Shown here in pieces: positions 22,906 through 34,658 of a stretch of DNA of 64,000 nucleotides. This stretch comes from Rhizodiscina lignyota (taxonomy: Eukaryota). The notes under the pieces were generated by a model that had not been told where the DNA came from, did not search any database, and saw nothing but the letters and a program-made list of their open reading frames with translations. How positions within the stretch are numbered: the first letter of the stretch is position 1; every line of letters starts with the position of its first letter. The position numbers and the translations under genes are program-made. The stretch spans positions 930,001 through 994,000 of the forward strand of contig ML978131.1 of assembly GCA_010015805.1 (NCBI GenBank). The letters are read 5' to 3'.

Positions 22906-25201
22906 TCAAGTCGGATCCAGACACTGGCAATCACTCACGTCGCCTTCAATCCGTTTCCCACTCAAGTTTGTGGGACACTTGAGCGCGATATCCAATTCCG
23001 AGCACTGCAGCAAAACAGACCACAGTCTCTCTAGGGTAAAACCAAACAGCGGCGCGCTCATTTCATCAGGCCGACCTTGCAGATACGGCTCGGTATGGGC
23101 CCAACTCTCTGGATCAACGAGGGCGTCATGCAAGCGCTGGTAGACGGTCGCGTCGATGCCTCGCAAACGTTGTGCAGAAGCTATGAATTGCCCTTTGTAC
23201 GAGAGAAGCGCTGTTGAGCAGGTCGTGTTGTACACATCCGCGTACAGTGACTGGAATCTGTCCTCTCTCCATCTCCAGCGATCGAAGCAGTTGCCGCAGT
23301 CGCAAGTGTACCCTGAGAAACCAAGACTGAGCATTCCTGTGCTTGGGACGAAATACTGGTCTATGCGACGGTGCATTTCCCACGGGTTGTGGACGTGTGC
23401 TTGGAGGAAGAGAGTATGCGTAGCTAGGTTGTCCCGCCGAGAGAGGATATGGTAAAGGTATGTCTCACCCTCACGGCCGATATTTGGGCGATGGATGAGC
23501 CGAGTATTTTCCAGATGATGCTCAAGGTTGAAGGTGAGGTCACTTGCGCCTTTGTAATATATGAATATGCGGGTGGATCGACGCTGGATAATCGGTAGTG
23601 CTTTCAAGTCAGTAAGCATTTCTACGACAGATGCAGGCTCCTCGTTGTACATGCTGATGACAATATCCAGGTCGAATTGGCTTTGGTAGACCGAGTCGGT
23701 GATTGGGACGCTCCTGGGCTGCAAGGGCATTCCCAAACGGTGGTAGTTGAGAAGGCAAAACCCAATCCAGACGACCAACAACAAAGTCATTATGACGGAC
23801 GTCAACGTCATCGACACAATACGCTTTGTAGCCTGCCTGTGATGCCAATTGGCTATATGCGATTCCTGCGGGTTGAAGATATCCGATTCAGTTACAGGTG
23901 ATTCCATCTTGTCCGCAGAATGAGCGTCAACTTCGTCATCTCCGCCCACAGACGTTGTGGTCATTGACAGTTGGTATTCAGAAAGGTGAACAACTTGCTC
24001 GAAATCGTTACTGGGTGCTGAAGTTCCTGTAAGGAAGAATAGCAAGCAAAACGCTGAAGAAAAACAGCCGATCTGTATTGTGCTTGAGAGGAAAGGGATT
24101 GTGAACGCCTGGTTGAAGAGCGCACAAAGGCCGGCGAACAAGAAGATATGAGTACGGTTCCAGTTGAGTTCGAGCTTCTCTGTCCGGTCAGAGTCGAAGA
24201 GGAAATGATGACACAGTCCCCTAGTTAAGGTATAGGCAACCGCTGTGACATTGAGCAGCAGTAACCATGGGTCAATCACACCCAGTGACTTGACGGCATT
24301 TGCGGTGCTTTCGCTACACAAGACCCAGGTTCCGGCGATTATCGGGCTCGTAAGCAGGGCTACATCGAGAATCCAGCGTTCGGAGCCCCTTACTAAGTTC
24401 CGACTCTGTTCGGTTTCCGTGACACGTGTCTGTCTGCAGAAACGGACGAGAGTCTTTGACAGGAAAATTCCGACTATTGCGGGCGCTCCAAATAACAGGC
24501 CTTCAATTGTTAACCGATGTTCGTCATACGAAACAGATCCTGTTGCCATAGCCACAATTGAAAGTGCAAATAGCTTCTGTCGTGAGGGGAGCGAGGTGTT
24601 GCGGATGGAGTCTGCGAGCGCGACCAGGCTCTAAAGGCGCAGGTTAGTAAAGAGAGCTGAATTCAAGGATCTGATACTTACCAGGACCATTGCAAGTGTC
24701 GTGAGATTAGGGAGATGCAAAAATGCCTGAGAGAACAATGGCAAGGTAATAGACAAAGACATGATGGCCGTACCAGCGAGGACACGTCCTCTTTTAGTGA
24801 CATGTTGAAAGTGATTGAAAGGTAGGGCAATATGACCTGTCTGCGGATGATCGACGTCGAAGTAGTTATACAATACCTCCCAAAGCAAACTGCCCCATGT
24901 TGCCAGTAATTGGGTGAGAAGGAGATGCAAGGCTTTGTTCCCATCAGTTGGCGTACGAGGTGGTGCGATCTAGGAAAATTACTCACGGTAATCTGGGTTG
25001 TTAGAACATACGCTCGATAGGGTTGAATGATGACTTACAGTATCTCTGCTGGAATAGAATGCACTTCGTGCTCCAAAACGCAAAGGATGCAACGGTAGTA
25101 TCAACCAAGTTAGTGAATGCCAGATCGTTCGATGCTATCAGGCCGTTCCAAGCACCAAAAGACGTTTGTAAAGCCTTGTGTTTGCAGTGCGTGAGCGACA
25201 T
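22906..25201 (-). CDS. Multi-pass membrane protein (degenerate TPT/nucleotide-sugar-transporter-like N-terminus) with C-terminal DUF3431-like domain
   Basis: Exons from ATG 25201 to 25039, 24992-24987 (6-nt microexon), 24932-24682 and 24630-22906; many TM segments; C-terminal LDIVISMYNE, RPNIGREGETYLYHI, TLFLQAH, GQFIAS and FTLERLW match DUF3431. Confidence 0.75.
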
Positions 25202-26577
25202 GACAGAGAAAGAGAAGAAGTGAAAATGCGTTCTCAAGATCTTAGATGCCACCCACAACGCGACCACCGACATACTGAACAACCAGAAATAGACGAAAGT
25301 CATCCATACGGCGGTTCTGGTATATCCCTTACTCCACCCTCGCTTTGCCACACTCTCAAGGTCATGAATGCTCAGCATGTCTACGCCTTCCCTCGAGAGG
25401 ACGTCCCATACGTAATCTCTATAGTTGGTTGGCCAAGATGGTAGATCATAATACCGTGACTTCAAATTACTCTTCTTCGCGATATAGACTTGTTCCCTGA
25501 CAGCATTGAGTTGTTTTCGGCTAAAGCCCATGCGCACTGAGCCAATAGCTTTATTGAACGAGGCTGACGCAAAGTATGCTTCATCAGCATTGTCCAACTG
25601 ACTCGATCCTGTCCACACCATGCCATTAGCCAAGCCTTGTGTGAACAGGTTTCCATTTGGAAGCACCTCGAGCGGCGCATCATAGAAAGAGTCGTGATAT
25701 TCGTAGTGGTCGGAGCTGGTGTAGCCGTCCACTTCAATGCTCGGTCGGCTAAATACGTATCTTCGATAAGCATCTCTATTCATATTTCCTGTTCCCACAA
25801 TTGTGATTGGGCCTGGCCACATGTCTTGTTTCTCTCGGTAACCTGGCGCTGTGTGTACGACCTCAAACCGCGTGAGGAATTGATTCGCTCGCAGCGGCTC
25901 CAGCTCGGCTGTGACTATTTCCCAAGTCTTTTGCGGATCCGTCTTCACGTTAACGAGAAGCGTGAGAGGAGTATTGGGCTGGGTTGAGAAGACGCCACGA
26001 GCGCGATCGTACACTGTGTGGTTAGCCCACTGCTCATCGGGGTTTTGTTGGATGAGAATTTCGAGGAGTGGGTCTAGAAATACGGTCCTAAGCGTTCGGT
26101 TAGGGTGTAATTCTGAGGGATCGTACCCTACGAGCAAACTGGTGCCATCAAGCCAGACATCTACCTCGACGCCCATACAACCAGCGCCGAGCGCAAAAGA
26201 CACAAGATCCGGCCGCCAGTAATCATTATATGAATGACACATAATTGGAATAACAGATGTAAAAAAGTCTTCCTTCCAACGACTCAATCCATCAACTGGC
26301 GGGATCTCGGTATTGTTAGGTTGTTTGGCAGTGAGGTTTGCTCCGGGCGTGTACATGGAGAGTGGTCGCGGCGTGATGAGGAAATAAAGGATTGTCCTAC
26401 TCGAGAGTTGGATCAGCAAAGCAGTTTATGACTAAAGTCTCAACCACAAGGACGGACAGCGTACATCGTGGTGGTGATTCCAATAAAAGTGACTCCAGCC
26501 CAGCCTGCCATCTTCCTTTTTGAGCCATGTTGGAAGTCTGTGCTAATCTTCCGATAGCATGTATGCGGGGCGTTCAT
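25001..26577 (-). CDS. AIM6-like PLC-type phosphodiesterase-fold membrane protein; runs in frame into the downstream gene
   Basis: PIMCHSYNDYWRP, ALGAGCMGVEVDVW, LLVGY, RTLRTVFLDPLLEIL, LLVNVKT, GPITIVGTGN, DAPL, RYYDLPSWP; upstream exon 26577-26465 encodes part of a TM anchor. Confidence 0.8.
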
Positions 26578-26991
26578 TATGAGTTACGACTCCTTCGGGC
26601 CTCGCCGCTGCTGCCGTGCATCCTTTTGAAGGTAGCTGTCCTCTAATGATGATACTGAGGTCGAAGAAGGGTCATCCATTATGTGAGGGTGGAACAAAGT
26701 AAGCGCCATAATTAACCTTACCTTAGTACCTGTACATGCTGGTCTGCGACTGAGCCGAAGTTGAGCCGAGCCTTATTTTCAGATACGACAAGTTGATTAT
26801 AGGAGCTGACCCTCAGCCATAAAGAAACGTTGTCAAGTGCCCTGCACAGAGCATGCCCACTTGCAAATGTCTTCCATTTGAAAAAGCCTGTTTACGAAAC
26901 TTCTAGAAAATAGGAGGCTTTGCATTGTGATATCTACTCCACCAAGAGCTTGACGAGGGCGAAACTATGTACACCTCACACCCTGCCGCTT

Positions 26992-28000
26992 TCATTTCTT
27001 CGCCGCTCCCCTCTCTGCGTCCATAATCCTCCGTGCCTCCCTAAACGCCAGCGGAACCTCAGTCTCTGTATCCACATTCGTCGTGCTCCCTCCCTTCGGC
27101 GGATCGATATTCCACTTCGGAATCACTCGCCTTTGCGGCCCATTATTCGCCATGACCTCCAGTGCCGTCCCGCCACCATATCTACCCTCCTGCACCAGGT
27201 CGATCATCGCCGCCGCAATATCGTCGGGATGCAGCGCGTCAAACGCTTCAAAATTCACCTGCTTACGCTTCTCGACATCCCAAAGAGGCGAGTCTACGGC
27301 CCCGGGGCAAACGGTCACGACCTTGACGCCTTCGTACCGCTCAGCTAACTCCATGGACTTGACGAAGCCCATGATGCCGTGCTTTGTGGCGATGTACAAT
27401 GGACAGTGGTACGTGCCTGCGATTCCGCCAACTGACGCGATGGGCAGGATGACGCCAGGCTTATCGTGCGACACGAGCTCACGCATGCCGATGCGGGCGA
27501 GCTTGATGGGATGGTTCAGATTCACTTCCACAGTGCGATAGCGATCATCTTCTTCAGGGTCGTGCCAGAAGGATGAGACTTTCTGACGGGAGTGTCAGTG
27601 GCTCGGTCAAGTGAAACTCAAAGCGGAACTGACTGGTGGTTCGAAGACGCCGGCACCACCGACGTATACGTCGGGTGTGGAGCCGAACTTTTCTTTTGCG
27701 ACTTTCACGAGGCGGTGAAGTTGGTCCCACTTTGTGCAGTCTGTCTGCTGGAAGACAACATTATCGTAGCCGGACAGCAGCTTCTCGCCTTCCGGCGTCA
27801 TTTTGAGGTCTGCATTGACGACCTTTGCGCCGAGGTCGGCACAGCGTTTGACAAAATACGAGCATATACCTGTTAATAACTTCTTAGAGGCTTGAATCCT
27901 GTACGAAGAGAGGTAAGAATGAACCTCCACCACCTCCAGTGACTACGACGACTTTATCCTTCAAGGGGAAGTCGCCAACTTTCCTATTAGGGACTGCCAT
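26992..28000 (-). CDS. Short-chain dehydrogenase/reductase (15-hydroxyprostaglandin dehydrogenase-like), 3 exons
   Basis: LKDKVVVVTGGG.GI, NADLK, DVYVGGAGVFEP, EVNLNHPIKLARI, YIATKHG (YxxxK), VCPGAVDSPLW. Confidence 0.9.
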
Positions 28001-28723
28001 TGTAGAAGATCAACAATTTCGGATTCAAATTGAGGAAACAGTAAGCAACATATGTAAAGAAGCGGAGCATATCAATCAATAAGACATATATTGCCGTTGG
28101 CTTTATATAAGACGAATGAATAGTAGCCGAGGGGGTTGAATGTCTAGTGGGCGGGGAAGAAGTAGTACGTACTTTGACAGTTTACTCTCTAAGTTTCGCT
28201 TGTCCTAGATTTCGTCAATGATATTCTATACACCTGAAAACTTCAAAGGAGATGAAGTCATTCAAGCAGATCTACTAACGTCGAGGCAGTAGGTTTGAGT
28301 TTTCCAATCCATCCCAAACAGGTACCTTACATAGTAGAAACGCAGACGAAATGTATCGACCAGCTAAATGCATACAATTAAACCCTCAAAACCCTGAGGC
28401 AAAAACCTCGAGGATCCGAAGTAAGCCATTGTGTTTCGATGCGAATATATACATCCATGTCGTCGGTGATTAAGATTCTTATCATGACTGGGACCGTAAG
28501 GGGCAACCATGTCTCACATGTCGGCGTTTAGCGCGCCAAGAAATCCGGGGAAGTTCACCCTCGCCACCCGACTGTCTCGTGCACACTTTCCTCCATCACT
28601 CCACATTTCCCATCCTATCCGCCCGCCACTCTCCGCACTCCTTCAAACACCTCAACCAGTCAAGCATGTCTTATCGAGCTACGGCATTCAGTCGGTGACC
28701 TCAATTTCGCGCTGCCATCCAAG

Positions 28724-29578
28724 ATGGTCAAGTTTTACACCACCAATTACTCCTACGACTTCCCCCTCCCTACCGTCAGCCTCGCATACTTTCTCCGCTA
28801 CCCTAATCCGTATAGCAAACATGTCGTCTCGAGCGACGTCATTGAGCGGAGATTTGATTCGGAGACACACAGACTACATACGACACGACTGCACCTGAAA
28901 AAATCGAAGCTCCCATCCGCTGTCCTGCGGCTGCTTCCGAAGAGCTTTATGGGCTCAAAAGAGAAGGGTGGAGATGGTGAGAGCTATATTCTGGAGACAA
29001 GTACGGTGGATATGAAGAGTGGTTACATGGTTACGGAGAGCCGGAACCTGGATTGGACCGGTGTGCTTAGCGTAGTGGAGAGACAAGTCTACACATCAGC
29101 ACGAGACACCTCGACACTTTCGGAACATTCCTCGGACTCGAGGAGACCTCTCTCATCGGATGGGAGAACAGACGTTGAGACAACAGTAACACTGCGGTCC
29201 CCGTTCGGCGAGCAGAAGTGGAAGCAACGGAGATCAAGGGATTACGGGCCGGATAGCAATCTTCCTTCCGCTCAGACCACAACCTCTTCATCTTCCTTCG
29301 AGGTTGAGGCTCCACCTAAGATTGGATTTTTCCGGTCGTGGGGCACACAGAGCCTCCAGCGAAGCATCGAGACGCTGGGACTGCGGCGTACAGAGAAGAG
29401 CCAACCGAACGCTACTGAAGGAATGAAGGTGGTGTTGGAGAGATTTAGACAAGGTGGAACAGTGGGCGTGATAGAAGGCATGAGGAAGGATCGCCCGGAG
29501 ATGTTTGCTGGTGCTGGTGCCGGTTCGGCATGGAGACATGTCAAGGGTCCGGACGATGGCGATTCTGACATTGTCTGA
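28724..29578 (+). CDS. UPS1: PRELI/MSF1 family mitochondrial lipid-transfer protein, Ups1-like
   Basis: MVKFY...VSLAYFLRYPNPYSKHVVSSDVIER, TTRLHLKKSKLP, SYILETS, TESRNLDWTGVLSVVERQ. Confidence 0.88.
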   Translation: MVKFYTTNYSYDFPLPTVSLAYFLRYPNPYSKHVVSSDVIERRFDSETHRLHTTRLHLKKSKLPSAVLRLLPKSFMGSKEKGGDGESYILETSTVDMKSGYMVTESRNLDWTGVLSVVERQVYTSARDTSTLSEHSSDSRRPLSSDGRTDVETTVTLRSPFGEQKWKQRRSRDYGPDSNLPSAQTTTSSSSFEVEAPPKIGFFRSWGTQSLQRSIETLGLRRTEKSQPNATEGMKVVLERFRQGGTVGVIEGMRKDRPEMFAGAGAGSAWRHVKGPDDGDSDIV

Positions 29579-30161
29579 TCATTAAGGATCATGGATTTTC
29601 ATTTGGTTTGAGGATTTGAACCTCATCACGACATTTGCAGGCGCTACAGTGACTCTAGAGCCACGTGCTCGAGGCCGGGCGGAGTATCAGGAAGGGCTTT
29701 GGGACACGAGCTACTCCACTTTGTTTCCATATGGGCTTACCTTCTTGTAGCATACCGTTCAGAGTTGTACATTAAAAAGTACAATGATACGACATTTGGG
29801 ACGCAATCGGATCCGTTCGTCATGCTCGTGACTATGTGAACTTGAAAATCTGGTGATTCCGTCTCGCAGACCAAATATATATTAGCATGTCACAGTTGGC
29901 AACGCTCTCTGTATGGTCAAGCCTCTACACTCAACCCCAGTACAAGCTCTGGCGAATCCACTGAACTACTCGACTAATAAGATTGTATGAGCTGTGCTTC
30001 TCATACATATATATGCCTGCGCGTGTATTGGCACCATGGTAGCACTTATTCTTATGAGCTTTAACTATATGGCAATAAACCCTATTTACAATATCAAATG
30101 AAGGCCTAATGCATTACCTGATTCCCTCCAAGCTTCACTCCACAGTATATCCTCCCAGTCT

Positions 30162-30657
30162 CTAAAATGCCAGCGTGGCAGCCTTTGCAGTCATGCCCAG
30201 CAGCACGAAACTGCTGCAAGCGAATATGCCAAACCGCACCATGATCGTGTTGGTTGTACTCTGGACAAAACTATGCGCGACTCTCATCCCAACATACGTC
30301 CAAGCCAATCCCGTGGTCAAATCGTCGTCTCCGGCGCCCAGTAGTGCCAAGGTAATCGCAATTGCGTAGAATTGAGTCGGTCTGCCATCTCTATGTCAGT
30401 TGCTACTCTAAATGAAATTCCACACCAATCCACAATGTCCGTACGTACTGCTCAAACAAGTGGTTGTAGTTGTCCGCCTTCCACTTGATCTGCGGTGGCA
30501 GCTTGTCCATCTCCTGCTGCGCGTTGTACGGTGTCACCTCCCCGCAATACTTGCTGATACCCGGGATGCGCGTCGCGTACATCCACGCCTCCATGGAGAA
30601 GGTCCATATGTTGAGGGCGATGACGGGGCGGAGGAGGGAGGCACCGAGGAGGGACAT
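30162..30657 (-). CDS. MAPEG family membrane protein, 2 exons
   Basis: WMYATRIP, KWKADNYNHLFEQ|PTQFYA, LAWTYVGMRVAHSFVQ, IMVRF. Confidence 0.88.
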
Positions 30658-31209
30658 TTTGGTGGTTAGAGCTGTGGGGGATGATTATGTGTGCAATTTG
30701 ATGAGATTGAGGAACTTTGAGAGTTTAGAGTGAAATTTGAGGGATAGGGAGACGGCCTGAGGAATCAATCGAAACTACGAGAGAGCAGTTGGAGGAGCTG
30801 GAAATCTTAAGGGAAACGGCTGCCTTATGCTACGTACTCAGCTCAGCTACGTCTCCGAGCATGGGAATGAGGGGATTGTGCATGACTCGTTCCGCTTGGA
30901 AGCAGCCAGGTCCTGAGGTCCACTTTTGGGCTCATCACAGGCTTCCTTCCCATTAATTTTCATCTGTTGTAGCTTGATGGAAGAACAATGGTGAGGAAGG
31001 GAGCAGAAGAGACGAACATTTGTTTCGATAGGTGCTGAAAGTGGGCACTTCCTGTTCAGTAAGCTGCGGCGCGCGAGTCATGATGATCAGAAATCGACGC
31101 GTCTGTGGAGCGTGTTCTTGCAGCCTCGTGTCATTCTTTGGCTCAAACCTGGATCTTTGGGGTCGCTAAGCTTTCGCTCACTGCTATCTGCTACTTAAGG
31201 CTCGTTGAT

Positions 31210-31773
31210 ATGACTATCCTTGTCGAACCGTACGATCGAGAATGGCCTCATCAATTCGCTGTCATTGCACTGGAACTGAAAAGAGCGCTCCAAGGTATTG
31301 ATATCATCAGCATCGAGCATGTAGGAAGCACTTCAGTCCCTGGACTTCACGCAAAGCCAATTCTCGACATTGACGTTATTGTCACGCGAGAAAATGTCAT
31401 GCCAGCCATTGGCGCTTTGGAGCGGAACCTGGAGTATGAAAACAAGGGCGAATGGGGCGTTCCAGAACGCTGGGCACTCCGCAAACCGTCTGCACTACCA
31501 GAGCGCAACCTCTACGTTTGTGTCGAAGGATGTCAGTCCCTTCGGAATCACCTTGGAGTGCGAGATGTGCTAAGGGCCGATCCCGCTTTACGAGACGAGT
31601 ATGGCAGAGTGAAGATGGAACTTAGTACCAAATACACGGATGTGAACGAATATTGCGAGGCAAAGAACGACATTCTGGAAAAGATTCTTAACAGGGCCGG
31701 GATGACTGAAGGCGATCGGAGAGCGGTCAAGCTTGCGAATACATTGAATCCATCCGCGGATGTGTTAACTTGA
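31210..31773 (+). CDS. GrpB/UPF0157 family protein (nucleotidyltransferase-like fold)
   Basis: VEPYDREWPHQF, IEHVGSTSVPGLHAKPILDID, RNHLGVRDVLR, EYGRVK, YCEAK; intronless. Confidence 0.9.
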   Translation: MTILVEPYDREWPHQFAVIALELKRALQGIDIISIEHVGSTSVPGLHAKPILDIDVIVTRENVMPAIGALERNLEYENKGEWGVPERWALRKPSALPERNLYVCVEGCQSLRNHLGVRDVLRADPALRDEYGRVKMELSTKYTDVNEYCEAKNDILEKILNRAGMTEGDRRAVKLANTLNPSADVLT

Positions 31774-32003
31774 CCCTCTTTACTGTTTCTGCCGTCATTG
31801 AGATGAAAACAACTGAGTGTGCTCCCGTGGCTCTTGCAATCCGGCGAATGTCATCACACTTGTCCGCGGCAGGTGTTCAGTCAAATACAGACGACATCAT
31901 AATATCGGAACTCTTGTACTCCGTTTATAAAGAAACGCATCATTAGTTACTCTCACTCTCGCAAGGGCACCTTTCAAACAAGTTACTCAGCCTCTCGCCC
32001 ATC

Positions 32004-34469
32004 ATGAAGTCGCCAGCTAGCTTTTTTGTCTTAATTGCGTTGCTTTGCACATCGCCATTGTCAGCTCTCGCTCGCATTCTGGAGCCGATTCGGCCGAATG
32101 ATCCTCGACATCCTGGCAGTTCCTTCACCAAGAGAGCAGATCAATGTGATCTAGACCTCATGGAAAAGGATTCGCTTTACTGGGGAGAGCATGGTAAGGC
32201 GTTCAAATGTGTCTTCGAATTATATGTCCACACTGACTGCGCATAGGTTCACCTCCAATGGCAAACTTGACCATGTACGCACAAGAACATCACATTGGGG
32301 TTCTGAACATGGAGACATTCATTCAGAGACTTGATTGCGTTCAGTGTACCAACAAGACAATTGCCGTGCGCTTCAAAGATCGTGCCGACATCGACTGTGT
32401 TTTGCAGGCCTGGGATCGCGTCAACGGTGCCGACAATGTCTCATTCGTCTTGTTCATTGGTAAAGGCGATTGTGGATGGAATTCGGATCGCATGCCTTTT
32501 ATCGTCTCGAGATTCAGATACGATGAGCAAGAGAGCACAGCCGCTCTGATTGGTGATGCCTCGGACTTTCGCACCGTTATGCAGGCTTACGAACTATATT
32601 TCAGCGGGGTTACAACTACAAACACCGATTTAGCACGACACAACATTTTCGGTGACATCTTCGGAGATATAACATCTGCCATAGTGGGTTTCGGAGAAGG
32701 TATCGCCAGTACCGCTGAAAGCATCGAGAGCGTAGCTACAAGCGCAGTAGCCAGCGTTGCGACAAGCGAAGTGGTACCAGCAGTCACGAATGCGGCTACC
32801 GTAGCAGAGTCCATCGGGAAGAGTGATGTAGTAGCTCCCATAACGAGCTTCGTTAAAAGCGAGCTGAGCCAAGTCATTTCATTCGTAACCTCAGCTGTCT
32901 CGGACGCCAAAGTCATCGTCAACCAAGTTGGCTCCGGAATCACCCGCGTCGTGGATGCTGATCCTCTCGAGGGCTTCGGAGGAGGGATTTTGACCCTGAA
33001 TAAGACCCTCTTCGACAGTGGTGATGGTGTCAATGTTGGGGTTCATTGTAACGATTGTGGCATCCACGGCGGTGTCGGTTTCAACTACCACTTCGCCGAG
33101 AATCTGAGCGGAGACATTAAAGAAGCAGCAGATGGATTCAAAAATCTAAATTTCAAAGAAGGATTCAAAGGTGTCGAAGATTTGGCCAAAGCGCTGACTG
33201 CTGGGACTATACGAGTTCGGCCAGAAAACTTGAGCTTTACTCTCTCACTGAGCTTCAATGTTACCAAGTATAGCCCGAAAGGCGCTTTGATTGCAAATCC
33301 TCAGTTCCCGCCGATTCCTCTGGATCCGTACTCCATCCCTGGCGTTGCCGATATTGGTCCAGAATTGATCTTCGGCCTCGTCCTCGAGATGGACCATGTT
33401 TCGCGGAGTGCCTCAATCGAGACGGGAGTTACAGTTAGCATCGACAACGCTTCCTACGTCGAATTGGATCTTTTCAGACCAAATACAAAACCTGACTTCT
33501 CAGGCTGGGTGCCAAAAGTCGAGTTCCATCCACCGTCGGTGGATGCTCGCGACTTTGAAGCCGAAATAAAAATCGGCCTGGAAACCTCGCTGGTCCTGGC
33601 TGCACAGATTGGCCGTAAGTCTTTCGGCGCAGACGTTGATGGTGCAATTTCTAACAATTTGACAGCGAAGTTGGGCATCGATACCGGGTTTGACTTTGTG
33701 GTTCCTGAAGTAGATCACCAATTTAAAACTTTCCAAGGTTCGTGCCGCCTCATCATGTCGTATATGCGGCTCACGTAATATATCTAGGAAGCAAGGAAAC
33801 TGCCGTTCAAAAGCATCAGCTCAACGAATCGAACACTGAGTGTCAATATGTGAATGGCTCCGATCTACAAAAGTCTACGTCGGACGGATACCAGTGGGGC
33901 CTCCAAGTCGAGCGCAATTTCGCCGCAGAAATCGATTTCTCAGTCCGGAGCAAGAAAGATTCAACCCATCCTTTCGTCAACTTTACGCTTTATGTATGCC
34001 ACTGGTTTCATCCAGCCCTGGTTTGATCCACGATGCAGCTGACCTGTCGCAGAGAGTTGAATCACAGTCGTCCGAAACCTGCGGATTAATCAAGAAATTC
34101 GATCATCAAAGTTTGCTCTCCAAGTTCGACAACGGAACTCAACTCAATTCGACGTCCTCATCGTCGCTTGTCAAACGCCATGAACCTACCAATATCTTCG
34201 ACATAAGACGCCAAGACTCTATGTTGACGCCATGCATGCTCACCGGCGGCAGTGTGGGATTTATGACTCATGTCTTTGCTTGCTGTGCGAAAGACGGTAT
34301 ACCACAGCACAGCCGTTGCGTAGAAGGAGAAATGAATAACAAAGTTGAGGTGAGTAGAATGCTTTCCCGAATCGTTGAAATCAGTTACGCTGTGACACAG
34401 TGCTGTACTCCCGATCCGGACGTTCCGCATACTCACATGCCAGCGGGCACTGTTGATTTCTTGATTTGA
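32004..34469 (+). CDS. Secreted multi-exon protein (DUF7029/DUF7223-like) with Ser/Thr/Val/Ala-rich insert and Cys-rich tail
   Basis: Signal peptide MKSPASFFVLIALLC, KR site, VLNMETF..LDCVQC, CGWNSDRMPFIVS, CNDCG, P.SIPG...IGP; several GT-AG introns; exact exon boundaries uncertain. Confidence 0.7.
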
Positions 34470-34658
34470 TTACAACCATTTATTCCGATGCGGCATTGGG
34501 GCGGCTAGATCTTCTTGAGATGTGGTCTTGATATACAGTGCGGGTAGTCGCAAACAAAAGCTGTATACAACGAACATTTGTTATCCTGCAGGTTACAATC
34601 GTTTCACACATTATATCTGAGTTGCATCATTTTGTTTCTCCTTCGCTTCGTCTTCTTA

